A DNA stretch of 64,000 nucleotides from an uncultured Bacteroidales bacterium. Its GTDB lineage: Bacteria > Bacteroidota > Bacteroidia > Bacteroidales > UBA932. The notes below the pieces were generated by a model. It searched no databases, had not been told where the DNA came from, and saw only the letters and a program-made list of their open reading frames with translations. Where the stretch lies: positions 865 to 64,864 of the forward strand of contig ONOH01000007.1 in assembly GCA_900319405.1 (NCBI GenBank), in the 5' to 3' direction. A program made the position numbers and the translations under genes. Of this stretch, positions 1 to 10,990 are shown one piece after another (position 1 is the first letter of the stretch; every line of letters begins with the position of its first letter).

Positions 1-3000
1 CGTTACCGATCCGACCGGAACGCCTCTTGAAGTTACCGTTTCCGGCATCATTCCCCGCAACCAGAAGTATCTTAAAAAGAAAGTGGACGGGAATGTAGCC
101 GGCTACGTGAAGGTACCGCTGCGCTTCAAGCCGCTCTTCTCTGCCGTCAAGCTCAAGGTTACGGCGGCCGATGCCGGCGCTCAGAACTATCGCCTGAAGA
201 AGGTGGAGCTGCGGACAGACCTTTTCTACGATGACTTGCATCAGAGTGACCCAGAGCGAGTGAATCAGCCTAAGTATGGTACGCCCCTGAACGGCGATTT
301 TACGGCCAAGTTCGGCACGGTGCCCAGCGGTGACGACAAGAAGCCCGAGTACACCGGCGACTTCACCGTCACGGATTATACCGGTAAGGACCCCGCAACC
401 CGTGACACCACCAACAAGCGCCTCACCATCCGAATCGAGGAGACCGACCGCGTGTGGCTGGGTGACAAAGAGGTGAACGTCACTTTCCTGGCCCTTCCCA
501 TCCAGCAGGAAGTGATGACAATCGTTTATACCTTCGAGGTCAACGACGGCGACGGAAATCCCAAGACGGACGATGAAGGAAATATTATCGAAGTAACCCG
601 TTATCTGGCCCTTCAGCAGAAGACCACAAAGACGGACAATACCGGAGAGCATAACGAGTTTCAAGAGCGGGGTTGGTTCCCTCTTCCCAAGGCCACCAAG
701 CTTTATGTGAAATCCAACGTTCCGGAGATCCAGTATTATTTTGACGTGGTGATTCAGGGTGATCTTCCGCGCACGTGGAAGGCGGGAAGCACGAAGCCTT
801 TACCCAAGACCGGCGAAACTTTCCTGGAAAAGGACTTTTTTGAGGCCAAGGATTTCTACGCGGTCATCAGTTACCGGGACTCTTCCGGTTTCAAGCAGCC
901 GCTGCGCTGGAAGGTGACGGGATACAGGCCGGAAGGTGAGTCATCCTTCTACCCGACCAAACCAGCCAGCGTCTCCTGGCTGAACCTTCGCGGCGACGGC
1001 CCTTGGAAAAAGCACATTCCGTTCGATGTGGATGATTCCAAGCATCCGGGCTATCCTTATACGGACACCGGGTATAGCTTTGACCCTTGGGTCGTTGTCC
1101 AGGGACAGGGAACGAAGATGAAGGATCCTGTGGATAAGGATGGGAATACCGTTTCCGAGGATTCTGAGGATCTTGTAGGATACAGGAACTTCGATACCGG
1201 TTTTTACAATTTCTATGATGCCGGCGCCCCCGATAACGGAACCCGTTCCTGGGGCTGGGTGAATCACGGTTCCTATATCCACAGCACGCCCGACGGGGAG
1301 TTTGTTCATCACGAGAATGACGGGGTGGCATTCCTGAATTCCACTGGGTGGAAGGGCGAGAATGGCGAGGCCTACGCCTTCGACCTTTCCAGCCATGACA
1401 TTTACGGGGTCCTGTATTCTGGCCTGAAGAACGGAGACCTGGGCACTACGGCCAACTGCTATGTGGTGTCGTCCCCCGGCTGGTACCGTTTCCCGGCGGT
1501 TTACGGCAATGCGATAAAGGGCGGAAACAAGAATGAGAAGGCATACAAAGGTTTAGGAACCGGGGATAATCACCTCATGGGCTGGTACAAGGACTATAAA
1601 GCGGCCGATATCAAAGAGCCCTGGATACCCTATCCCATTAAATCCGTGTCTGTTGTCTGGCAAGATGCCATCAGTTTTGTCAGTGAGCGTAACGATGCCG
1701 ATACCCGTATGGACAGAAGGCCCTTCTGCGAGACGATTGACGGAAAGCAGTACATCTATTTCTACGTGGACGACATTGCTCAGGGAAATGCAGTGGTTGC
1801 TGCAAAGGATGGCGAGGGAAAAATTGTCTGGAGCTGGCACATCTGGGCGGTAACAGACCCGGTCAATTCACTCAAAACCGTTGAGCTCAAGAGTAATGAG
1901 ACGGGGCTGGATCCCTATCAACCTCTCACGGATGATCGTCCAACCAGTCCAACTGCTGAACCGGGGTTTAATATTCTCCCAAGTCCGTATAACTTTACAT
2001 CTTATCCGACTAACGACGAGACAAAGCGTCCTATGCAATGGCCGTTTACCAAAAAAAGCAGCGTCAAAAATGTTTTTTGGAAAGAGGCAGACCTTGGCCA
2101 GAACGGGAAAGAGCCCACGGAGGTGGGTGAACGCTACTGTGACGTTGAATTCACCCAGTACTTCAAGGGTAAGGTTGTCCGGAAAGTAGTGAGGCGCTTC
2201 CTTCAAAGCGGAGTAAAGGATACCCGTTCCGACACTCCCGGCTACCAGTGGGGCCGCAAGGATCCTATGCAGGAGGGTTTTGTGACAGTAAAACCTCTTC
2301 CGACAGACGTCACGAAAGAGCATGCCGATGCCACCATCCTTGAGCCTACATCTTTTTATTATGGAAGCAATGCCAACGTCCCTACCGGCAAGGTGTACGA
2401 CAATTTGTGGAACAACAATATAGATGTGGCGCTTACAGACTCACGTTGCGACGACGAACGTAACCAATTCCCGGGCGGAAGCAAAGACCGTAATGTAGAG
2501 AAAACCATCTACGATCCTTCCCCTGCCGGCTACGTGGTGCCCAATATGTACGCTTTCTCGGCCTTTAATCCCTATGGCACCATTGTTCAAATAAGGTTTC
2601 CATCGGCCAAGGTTGACGAGATAGCCTACAAAGCCGATGAAACTTACAAAACTGACGGGACCGGATACATAGATTTCTACGCAGGCTATAACAAGGACGC
2701 AGACTACAAACGGAAAAAGGACAAGGACTATACTATCCGTATTTTCTTTACGGGCCGAATCAATGGCACTTCTTCTGCCGGTACGGTAGCTAATCGTGAA
2801 AACGTGTATTTATGGACATCCGAGCCTGCCTTTTACGGTGGTTACCATGGCAGGTCATTCTGCACCCAGAATAGTTTTGGGACTGCTAGTTGGGGCCTTA
2901 ATCCTGTAACGGGTCTCAGTGGGGCAGAGCCTAAGGACCCTTCTAACCCGAGCGCTGGAAACGAACCCGGTATAAGAAGGGATGGGGCGTCTCAACCAAA

Positions 3001-3052
3001 ATGGCAGCGTTCCCACTGCAACCGCGTCCGCCCCATGGTGGAGCAGCCGTAG
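1..3052 (+). CDS. Large fimbrillin/Mfa-like (type V pilus-associated) surface protein, 5'-truncated by the window edge
   Basis: Frame is open from base 2 to TAG at 3050-3052. Motifs TANCYVV..PGWYRFP.VYGN, GNAVVA..D..IVWSWHIW, YQWGRKDP, KTIYDPSPAGY and a C-terminal VRP are typical of Bacteroidales fimbrillin-family proteins. Confidence 0.65.
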   Translation, partial: VTDPTGTPLEVTVSGIIPRNQKYLKKKVDGNVAGYVKVPLRFKPLFSAVKLKVTAADAGAQNYRLKKVELRTDLFYDDLHQSDPERVNQPKYGTPLNGDFTAKFGTVPSGDDKKPEYTGDFTVTDYTGKDPATRDTTNKRLTIRIEETDRVWLGDKEVNVTFLALPIQQEVMTIVYTFEVNDGDGNPKTDDEGNIIEVTRYLALQQKTTKTDNTGEHNEFQERGWFPLPKATKLYVKSNVPEIQYYFDVVIQGDLPRTWKAGSTKPLPKTGETFLEKDFFEAKDFYAVISYRDSSGFKQPLRWKVTGYRPEGESSFYPTKPASVSWLNLRGDGPWKKHIPFDVDDSKHPGYPYTDTGYSFDPWVVVQGQGTKMKDPVDKDGNTVSEDSEDLVGYRNFDTGFYNFYDAGAPDNGTRSWGWVNHGSYIHSTPDGEFVHHENDGVAFLNSTGWKGENGEAYAFDLSSHDIYGVLYSGLKNGDLGTTANCYVVSSPGWYRFPAVYGNAIKGGNKNEKAYKGLGTGDNHLMGWYKDYKAADIKEPWIPYPIKSVSVVWQDAISFVSERNDADTRMDRRPFCETIDGKQYIYFYVDDIAQGNAVVAAKDGEGKIVWSWHIWAVTDPVNSLKTVELKSNETGLDPYQPLTDDRPTSPTAEPGFNILPSPYNFTSYPTNDETKRPMQWPFTKKSSVKNVFWKEADLGQNGKEPTEVGERYCDVEFTQYFKGKVVRKVVRRFLQSGVKDTRSDTPGYQWGRKDPMQEGFVTVKPLPTDVTKEHADATILEPTSFYYGSNANVPTGKVYDNLWNNNIDVALTDSRCDDERNQFPGGSKDRNVEKTIYDPSPAGYVVPNMYAFSAFNPYGTIVQIRFPSAKVDEIAYKADETYKTDGTGYIDFYAGYNKDADYKRKKDKDYTIRIFFTGRINGTSSAGTVANRENVYLWTSEPAFYGGYHGRSFCTQNSFGTASWGLNPVTGLSGAEPKDPSNPSAGNEPGIRRDGASQPKWQRSHCNRVRPMVEQP

Positions 3053-3107
3053 CCCTGTCCTTCTTTTCGCTCCCGCCCCTACCACCAGTCTCCCTGCGCC
3101 CCGACTC

Positions 3108-3134
3108 TGTCATTCCGATCGCAGCGAAGAATCT
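3108..3134. repeat. TGTC-tagged REP-like palindrome, single degenerate copy
   Basis: TGTCATTCCGATCGCAGCGAAGAATCT matches the window consensus TGTCATTCTGAACGAAGTGAAGAATCT seen at 7981, 26530 and 29086. Confidence 0.7.
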
Positions 3135-3145
3135 CTGTAAATCCG

Positions 3146-3234
3146 TAAAACATTGAGTGCCAGCGCCTTATGGATAATCCTCTGCGCAAAAAGTGCAGAG
3201 GATTATCAGTAACACGATGATAATCAGCGTGTTA
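3146..3234. repeat. 89-bp tripartite palindromic element, copy 1
   Basis: Arms 3146-3170 and 3210-3234, core 3176-3204, 5-nt spacers. The terminal TTA is the stop codon of the convergent gene. Confidence 0.93.
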
Positions 3235-3873
3235 CTGAATATAGGACAGAATGAGATTGGCCACTTGCTCTTCCGTGTGGCCGTCGGTGCTCAGGACGAG
3301 GTCGTAATTGCGGGCGTCGAAGCGGCTGACGCCGGCATGGCGCCGGATAAAGTTCTCACGAGCCTGGTCAATGGCCTCAATCAGGGAGATGGCAGACGCT
3401 TCGTCCAGTCCTTGCTTTCTCACGATTCGCCGGATTCGCTTGTCCTTGGATGCGGTAATGAACACGTTCAGCGTATTGGGATGGTCTTTGAAAACGAAGA
3501 ATCCCGATCGTCCGGCAATCACGCACGACCCCATCTGGGCAAATTCCTGAAGAATTCCCACCTCGGCCTTATAGATGTGATCCGATGTGACTTCGACGGA
3601 GAACTCCTGGGTGAACTTGCCATCCAGTCCCAGCGCATTGGCCGATGGAGTCGGCGCAATCCGCTTGAGGAAGTCGTTCAGCCAGCTTTTCTTTTCTCCT
3701 TTCAGTTTCTCAATTTGGCTTTCAGTCAGGTTAAACTGCTTTTGAAGGGATTCCACCAGCTGCTTGTCGCAGTACCGGACATTCAGTTTTTCGGCCAGGA
3801 TGCTACCCACCGTATGGCCACCGGAGCCGACTTCGCGGCTGATGGTAATGACAAAAGGCTCTTGCTTGTTCAT
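3232..3873 (-). CDS. Cytidylate kinase-like family protein
   Basis: N-terminal ITISREVGSGG P-loop, CVIAGR and YDLVLST motifs; TATATTTG promoter box at 3893-3900 (-). Confidence 0.85.
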   Translation of the reverse strand: MNKQEPFVITISREVGSGGHTVGSILAEKLNVRYCDKQLVESLQKQFNLTESQIEKLKGEKKSWLNDFLKRIAPTPSANALGLDGKFTQEFSVEVTSDHIYKAEVGILQEFAQMGSCVIAGRSGFFVFKDHPNTLNVFITASKDKRIRRIVRKQGLDEASAISLIEAIDQARENFIRRHAGVSRFDARNYDLVLSTDGHTEEQVANLILSYIQ

Positions 3874-3920
3874 AAAAACAAAAATTATCCTACAAATATA
3901 ATCCTTTTTGCCCGATAAGC

Positions 3921-5048
3921 CTACTCCGGGAGAAGGCGGCGGAGGCGCTCCAGGCTGTGGCCCACCTGCTCGCGCGTGGCGGCATCGGCCTCGCTCAGGT
4001 ACAGCGCTTCCACGTCGGGAAGGTAGGTGAGGTAGTGGGCGTCGGCAATGTACTGCGCGGCGGCGGCGCGCACCAGGGGCGAGTCGTCAAAGAGCAGGCC
4101 CTGCACCCAGCGTTTGGCGTCCCAGGAGGAGTGCTCCTTGAGCCATTGGAGCGCCTGCAGCTTCTCCGCTTCGCTACCGTAGAAGAAGGTCTGGAGGCAG
4201 GAGCTCTCCTTCTTCAAATCCTCGATGCTCATCAGGCATTCGCGATTCACCAGCGAGGCGTCCTGCAGGGCGGGATCCGTGGAAAAACGCTGCGGAAGCG
4301 CTTCCTCTCCCAGCACCCAACGCACCATCCGGGCAATCATCCACATCTTGCCGGGGGTGGCTTCGGGGTGGGCGATGGTGCAGAACACGCGCCCCTTGCC
4401 ATAGTTGTTCCCCAGGAAGAAAGGCCGATTGTTGGTCATATTCGCCGGAGCGTCCCCTTCCTCGTGCACGTCGCTGAGCATGGTGGCGAACTCGGTGTAG
4501 CCACCCTCGGCCGGAATAAGGACCGGTCCTTCGTAGTACATACAGAAAAGGGTATCGGCCTGTGCGTACTCGGGGAAGAGGCGCTTGCCTTCCTCGGTGA
4601 GCCGGAACGCCGCATTGCCGTGGCCGCGATTATCGTGTTCCCGGTCGATGGCGCAGGCCCCGCTGATGCCGAGGCAGGTGTAGTCGGGGGTGTCGGAGAA
4701 GAGATAGGCCCCGGCGCAGATGCCCACGGCCCCGCCGCCGCGCGCGACGAACTCCTTGATGCGGCGCACGTTCTCTCCGCCCAGGTTCAGGTATTGCCGA
4801 CTGCCGCCCCCGCCGGGGATCACAATCGCGTCCAGCGAGTCCAGCACCCCGCGGGCGATGTCTCCCGTGGTGATGGTCCTCACGTTCAGGTCTCCGTCCA
4901 GGCGGCAGGCCGCCACGGCTTCCCAAATGCACGTCTGTGCACCGCCATACCCGTCAAAAACCCCCACTTTGCGAAGGGGCTGCTCCTGCCGGGCGCAGGA
5001 GGCGCTCACCAGCGCAAGCGCCGTCCAAAAGATGATGCTGCTTTTCAT
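3921..5048 (-). CDS. Lipoprotein with BPL-N / class I glutamine amidotransferase-like domain and C-terminal HEAT-like region
   Basis: Start moved to ATG 5048 (MKSSIIFWTALALVSASC lipobox). IPGG, GICAGAY nucleophile elbow and HPE motifs. Confidence 0.7.
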   Translation of the reverse strand: MKSSIIFWTALALVSASCARQEQPLRKVGVFDGYGGAQTCIWEAVAACRLDGDLNVRTITTGDIARGVLDSLDAIVIPGGGGSRQYLNLGGENVRRIKEFVARGGGAVGICAGAYLFSDTPDYTCLGISGACAIDREHDNRGHGNAAFRLTEEGKRLFPEYAQADTLFCMYYEGPVLIPAEGGYTEFATMLSDVHEEGDAPANMTNNRPFFLGNNYGKGRVFCTIAHPEATPGKMWMIARMVRWVLGEEALPQRFSTDPALQDASLVNRECLMSIEDLKKESSCLQTFFYGSEAEKLQALQWLKEHSSWDAKRWVQGLLFDDSPLVRAAAAQYIADAHYLTYLPDVEALYLSEADAATREQVGHSLERLRRLLPE

Positions 5049-5134
5049 AGCTGCAAGATAGCCATTCTCCGCTGCTTTTGCAAGAGCTACGGCCCTTCCG
5101 GGAAAAATAGATTGATATTCTGCCGAAAAATTCG

Positions 5135-6490
<1,356 letters not shown>

Positions 6491-6502
6491 TAACGCGACG
6501 CA

Positions 6503-6591
6503 TAATGCGCTGAAAATCAGCGTGCTACAGAAAATCCTCTGCGCTTTTTGCGCAGAGGATTTTCTGTAAACGATTGGCCAGCAATCGTTTA
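6503..6591. repeat. 89-bp tripartite palindromic element, copy 2
   Basis: Arms 6503-6527 and 6567-6591, core 6533-6561 (T5 loop). Lies between convergent eno and aldo/keto reductase genes. Confidence 0.93.
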
Positions 6592-6596
6592 CAGAA

Positions 6597-7931
6597 TTAC
6601 AGCCGATCCTGTCTCAGATCTTCCACGTACCGGGCGATGCGCTGCAGTTGCCGGGGGATGGGTATGCTCTGGGGGCAGTGGGAGAGGCACTCGCCGCAGC
6701 CGATGCAGTGATCGGCCTGGCGGACGGTGGCCACGGCCCTGTCGTAGCTCACCAGATAGGCCTTCTTGAGCCGGGCATAGTCTTTCTGCTTGCTGCTCTG
6801 GGCATAGGTGCCTTCGGTGATGGCCCGGTTGTAGTGCTGGAAGGTACCGGGGATGTCGATGCCCCAGGGGCAGGGCATGCAGTACTTGCAGTCGGTGCAG
6901 TTCACCAGGGGATATTCCATCATCTGGGTGGCCATCTGCTCCAGGAACTCCAGTTCCTCTTCGTTGAGGGGCTTGAAGTGGCCGAAGGTCTTGATGTTGT
7001 CCAGCAGCGGGTCCATCGAGGTCATTCCCGACAGGATGCACAGGACGCGGGGATAGGTGCCGCAGAAGCGGAAGGCCCAGGAGGCGATGCTCCGCTCGGG
7101 TTCCCGCTGCTTCATCTGGCGGGCGATGCCCTCCGGCACGTTGGCCAGCCGGCCGCCCAGCAGGGGTTCCATGATCACGATGGGGATTTCCCGCTTGTCC
7201 AGCTGTTCGTAGAGGTAATCGGCATTGACGTTCCGGACGCCGTCGGCGTGGGTCCAGTCCACGTAGTTCATCTCGATCTGGCAGAAGTCCCAGAGCATTT
7301 CCCCGCTGTCGTACATTTCCATGAAGGTGTCGAACTCGTGCTGCGCGCCGTGGAACGAAAAGCCCAGGTTGCGGATGCGCCCGGCCTCTTTTTCCTTGAG
7401 CAGGAAGTCGACCATCCCGTTTTGCACGTAGCGCTGGTTGAAAGCGTCCTTTCCGCCCCGGCCGATGGCGTGAAGAAGATAGTAGTCGAAGTAGTCGGTC
7501 CTGAGCTGTTCGAACGAGTCGTGGTACATTTTGATGGAGGCCTCGGGAGACTGGTCGCCGAAGTTGGACAGCTTGGTGGCAATGAAATAGTTCTCCCTCG
7601 GATGCCGGCTCAGGGCGATGCCCGCCGCCTTTTCGCTCTGGCCCATCAGATAGGCCGGGGAGGTGTCGAAGTAATTCACCCCGTGCGCGATGGCGTAGTC
7701 CACCATCTCGTTCACGGCCTCCTGGTCAATCACGCGCTTGCCGTCCTGCTCGATCATCGGCCAGCGCATGCAGCCGAAGCCCAGGGCCGATATCCGGTCC
7801 CCGTTCCGCGGATTCTCCCGCATCAGCATCTGTTCCGGCCCTTCTTCCGTCCGGGGGGCCGATGTCTTGGGGGCGCAGGCCGCGGCCACCGCCGCCGCAC
7901 CGCTTATCTTAATGAAATCTCGTCTATCCAT
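6597..7931 (-). CDS. Tat-exported aldo/keto reductase with C-terminal 4Fe-4S dicluster domain
   Basis: MDRRDFIK twin-arginine signal, LGFGCMR and NYFDTSPAY motifs, two C-terminal CxxCxxCxxxCP-type motifs. Confidence 0.88.
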   Translation of the reverse strand: MDRRDFIKISGAAAVAAACAPKTSAPRTEEGPEQMLMRENPRNGDRISALGFGCMRWPMIEQDGKRVIDQEAVNEMVDYAIAHGVNYFDTSPAYLMGQSEKAAGIALSRHPRENYFIATKLSNFGDQSPEASIKMYHDSFEQLRTDYFDYYLLHAIGRGGKDAFNQRYVQNGMVDFLLKEKEAGRIRNLGFSFHGAQHEFDTFMEMYDSGEMLWDFCQIEMNYVDWTHADGVRNVNADYLYEQLDKREIPIVIMEPLLGGRLANVPEGIARQMKQREPERSIASWAFRFCGTYPRVLCILSGMTSMDPLLDNIKTFGHFKPLNEEELEFLEQMATQMMEYPLVNCTDCKYCMPCPWGIDIPGTFQHYNRAITEGTYAQSSKQKDYARLKKAYLVSYDRAVATVRQADHCIGCGECLSHCPQSIPIPRQLQRIARYVEDLRQDRL

Positions 7932-7946
7932 ATGCTTGTCAATTTT

Positions 7947-8006
7947 GATCCTTCGTCATTTCATTCCTCAGGATGAGCATTGTCATTCTGAACGAAGTGA
8001 AGAATC
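7947..8006. repeat. Inverted doublet of TGTC-tagged REP-like units
   Basis: GATCCTTCG...CTCAGGATGA followed by TGTCATTCTGAACGAAGTGAAGAATC. Confidence 0.8.
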
Positions 8007-8007
8007 G

Positions 8008-9483
8008 TTAGATGTGCTGTATTCTGCCATTCACCGTTATGGCGCTGATGGGGCGGGATGGGCAGAGGAACTCACAGGCCCCGCAGCCGGTGCAGATTTC
8101 CTCGGCCACTGTCGGAATCTGCATTCCGTCCTTTTCCACCATCCGGATGGCTCCGGAGGGACACGCCTGCGCGCACTTGCCGCACTGGGCCTTGCCGGTG
8201 GCGCTCACGCACAGTTCCAGGTTCACCCGGGAGGTTCCCACGCGGTACTGCGTCTTTTCCTCGCGCGTAACCTTGCCGATGGCTCCCGCCGGGCAAAGCT
8301 CGCTGCAGCGCGTGCATTCCGGCCGGCACCAGCCTTTCTCGAAGCTCATTTCCGGCTGCATCAGGTGCTCCAGGCTGCCGGAAGGCCGCAGCACGTTGTT
8401 GGGGCACTCGGCCACGCACAGCTGGCAGGCCGTGCAGCGGCGGTAGAAGTCCTTCACGCTCCTGGAGCCGGGAGGGGTCAGGGGCACTTCGCGCGAGGGG
8501 GCCTGCTTGGGCAGGACATCGGCAAAACCGCCGTCCACCTTCTTGGCGGCCTCCTGGGCCCGGGCCTCGACGCCCTTGAGCGCAGCGGCACCCGCGACGG
8601 TCACCATTCCGGCCATCATCGCCCGGCGTCCACTGTCATTCCGGGCGGTCTTGCCCGCTCCCCAAGCAAAGCGATAATTCAAGGCATCAAACTTGCAAGC
8701 GCCGATGCAGTTGAAACAGTCCACGCAGCGGGAATGGTCGATAAACTCCGTATCCTTGCCGATGGCAATGCACTGGGCCTTGCAATGCTGCTCGCAGGCC
8801 TTGCAGTGCTTGCACTTGTCGTGGTCTATCAGGGGACGGAACATCGCGAAGCGGGAAAGGAAACCCAGCGTGGTGCCCACCGGGCAGATGGTGTTGCACC
8901 AGGTGCGGCCGCCCTTGAAGGACAGGGCCACGACGACCACCAGCGTAGCCACGGCCACGATGAAGGTGGGGACGCTGCGAAGCCAGACCTCCTTCTGGTA
9001 GAAGGCATAGCTGCCCCAGCGCTCCGAAAGGCCGGCCAGAAGGTTGTTTCCCCACAGCCACACGGGCTGCAGGAGGTTCTGCACCATTCGGCCGTAGGCG
9101 CTGTAGGGGGCCAGTAGGGCCACGGCCGCCTGGACGCCCAGGATGAGCAGCACCACAAAGAGCACCCATACGCCGTAACGGAGCCACTTGAGCTCTTTGG
9201 TAAACCTGTAAGGGTTCTTGCTCCGGTGGGTTCCCAGCCAGGAAACACCGTCCTGGAATACGCCCAGCGGGCAGATGACGGAACAGTATACGCGGCCGCA
9301 CACCAGCGTAAGCAGCACCAGGGCAACGATTACGCCCACATTCAGGGCAAGCACGGCCGGCAGAAACTGCACTTTGGCCATCCAGCCCAGGTATCCGTGC
9401 AGGGCGCCCGTGAAATCCAGGAACAGGAGTGTAATCCCTATCCAGAACAACCAGGCCAAGAAAACTCTGATTTTCTTTAACAT
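8008..9483 (-). CDS. Membrane-anchored polyferredoxin (NapH/NapF-like 4Fe-4S protein)
   Basis: N-terminal TM helices with GRVYCSVICPLG and GRTWCNTICPVG, followed by several CxxCxxCxxxC(P) motifs. Start ATG 9483. Confidence 0.85.
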   Translation of the reverse strand: MLKKIRVFLAWLFWIGITLLFLDFTGALHGYLGWMAKVQFLPAVLALNVGVIVALVLLTLVCGRVYCSVICPLGVFQDGVSWLGTHRSKNPYRFTKELKWLRYGVWVLFVVLLILGVQAAVALLAPYSAYGRMVQNLLQPVWLWGNNLLAGLSERWGSYAFYQKEVWLRSVPTFIVAVATLVVVVALSFKGGRTWCNTICPVGTTLGFLSRFAMFRPLIDHDKCKHCKACEQHCKAQCIAIGKDTEFIDHSRCVDCFNCIGACKFDALNYRFAWGAGKTARNDSGRRAMMAGMVTVAGAAALKGVEARAQEAAKKVDGGFADVLPKQAPSREVPLTPPGSRSVKDFYRRCTACQLCVAECPNNVLRPSGSLEHLMQPEMSFEKGWCRPECTRCSELCPAGAIGKVTREEKTQYRVGTSRVNLELCVSATGKAQCGKCAQACPSGAIRMVEKDGMQIPTVAEEICTGCGACEFLCPSRPISAITVNGRIQHI

Positions 9484-9557
9484 AATCCTTTTATAATTGT
9501 TGTACACAAACATACGAAAAAATTTCTTATATTTGCAATCCAATAAAACGAAAAACT

Positions 9558-10124
9558 ATGTTACCCAAAGCCAAGGAAATCGTAGACGCAATGTCCGTCA
9601 AGATGCAGGACGCCGTAGAGTACCTGGAAGAAGACCTCAAGAACTACCGTGTGGGCAAGGCTTCCCCGGCCATCCTGAATCCCGTGATGGTGGACTATTA
9701 CGGCACCGCCACACCGCTGAACCAGGTGGCCTCCGTCACTACGCCGGATGCCAAGACCATCGCCATCCAGCCTTGGGAGCGTTCCATGATTGCCAAGATT
9801 GAAAAAGCCATCCTGGATGCCAACGTAGGGCTCACCCCGTCCAACAACGGAGACATCATCCGCTGTATGGTTCCCGCCCTCACCGAAGAGCGTCGCAAAG
9901 AGCTCATCAAGAAGGCCAAAGCCCAGGGTGAAACTACCAAGGTCACCATCCGCAATGCCCGCAGGGACGGCATAGACCTCCTCAAGAAAGCCCAGAAGGA
10001 AGAAGGTCTCTCCGAAGACGGGGAGAAGGAAGGCGAGGGAGAACTCCAGAAAGTCACCGACAAGTGGGTGAAGAAAGTGGACGAAATCATCGCCGCCAAG
10101 GAAAAAGACATCCTCACCGTGTAA
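9558..10124 (+). CDS. frr: Ribosome recycling factor
   Basis: VDYYG..PLNQVA, IQPWE, P.LTEERRKEL and IRNARRD motifs; TATATTTG box at 9528-9535. Confidence 0.96.
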   Translation: MLPKAKEIVDAMSVKMQDAVEYLEEDLKNYRVGKASPAILNPVMVDYYGTATPLNQVASVTTPDAKTIAIQPWERSMIAKIEKAILDANVGLTPSNNGDIIRCMVPALTEERRKELIKKAKAQGETTKVTIRNARRDGIDLLKKAQKEEGLSEDGEKEGEGELQKVTDKWVKKVDEIIAAKEKDILTV

Positions 10125-10972
10125 TGGCCACACGTGTAGCGATTCAAGGATACAAGGGCTGCTTTCACGAACAGGCAGCCCGTCTTTTTTATTCTTCCCC
10201 CGCCGGTCATCCCGAGCGCGGCGAAGAATCCCTCTCCATCGTCGAATGCGACAGCTTCGAGCAGCTCTATGAGGCCCTGGACGAAGGTCGGGCCGATGCT
10301 GCCGTAATGGCCATCGAAAACACGGTCTCCGGCGGCCTGTTGCACAACTTCGAGCTCCTGAGGCTGAAGAGACGAAGGGTGAAAGGGGAGGTGTACATCC
10401 GCATCGGCCAGAATCTGATGGCCCTGCCGGGGCAGACCCTGGAGGATATCCGCGAGGTCCGCACGCATTATATGGCCATCAATCAGACCCGCCCGTGGTT
10501 CGAGAAGAACGCCCCGTGGATTCGCTTGACCGAGAGCGACGATACGGCCAAAAGCGCCGCCCAGCTGGCCAGGACCGGAGAGAAGGGGGTGGGTGCCGTG
10601 GCATCGGCCCTGGCAGCGCAACTTTACGGGCTGGAAATCCTGGCCCCGGACATCGAGACGCACAAGCAGAATTTCACCCGCTTCCTCATCCTGGACGAGC
10701 GCCTCCGCCCCGACGGACCCGACAAGGCGCTCCTGTGCTTCACCCTGCCGCACAAGCCCGGCTCCTTGGCGCAGATCCTCACCATCCTTTCGTTCTACGA
10801 AATGAACCTCACCCGCATCCAGTCGCTGCCCATCCCCGGCCGCGAATGGCAGTATTTCTTCTATATCGACATCAAATTTACAGACTATACGCGGTACACC
10901 CAGGCGCTTCAGGCCATCCGTCCCCTCCTGGAAGATCTGGAGGTCCTGGGAGAATACAAAGCCGCCCTTTAG
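10124..10972 (+). CDS. pheA: Prephenate dehydratase
   Basis: VAIQGYKGCFH, AIENTVSG, NFTRF and ACT-domain NLTRIQS.P motifs. The start overlaps the frr stop (TAATG). Confidence 0.93.
   Translation: MATRVAIQGYKGCFHEQAARLFYSSPAGHPERGEESLSIVECDSFEQLYEALDEGRADAAVMAIENTVSGGLLHNFELLRLKRRRVKGEVYIRIGQNLMALPGQTLEDIREVRTHYMAINQTRPWFEKNAPWIRLTESDDTAKSAAQLARTGEKGVGAVASALAAQLYGLEILAPDIETHKQNFTRFLILDERLRPDGPDKALLCFTLPHKPGSLAQILTILSFYEMNLTRIQSLPIPGREWQYFFYIDIKFTDYTRYTQALQAIRPLLEDLEVLGEYKAAL
10206..10230 (+). repeat. REP-like unit embedded in the pheA coding sequence
   Basis: GTCATCCCGAGCGCGGCGAAGAATC resembles the REP consensus and encodes GHPERGEES. Confidence 0.6.
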
Positions 10973-10990
10973 ACAACGGAACTTAACAAA

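Noticed and set aside
3146-3234. XerCD dif or pdif site
   Set aside because: Arms are 11-3-11 and the core 12-5-12, not 11-6-11, and there is no TTATGTTAA XerD half-site.
3193-3918. ORFs that start or end in the element (3193+, 6548+, 16013-, 60672+)
   Set aside because: Their termini are translations of the repeat, and their bodies overlap real genes in antisense or alternative frames.
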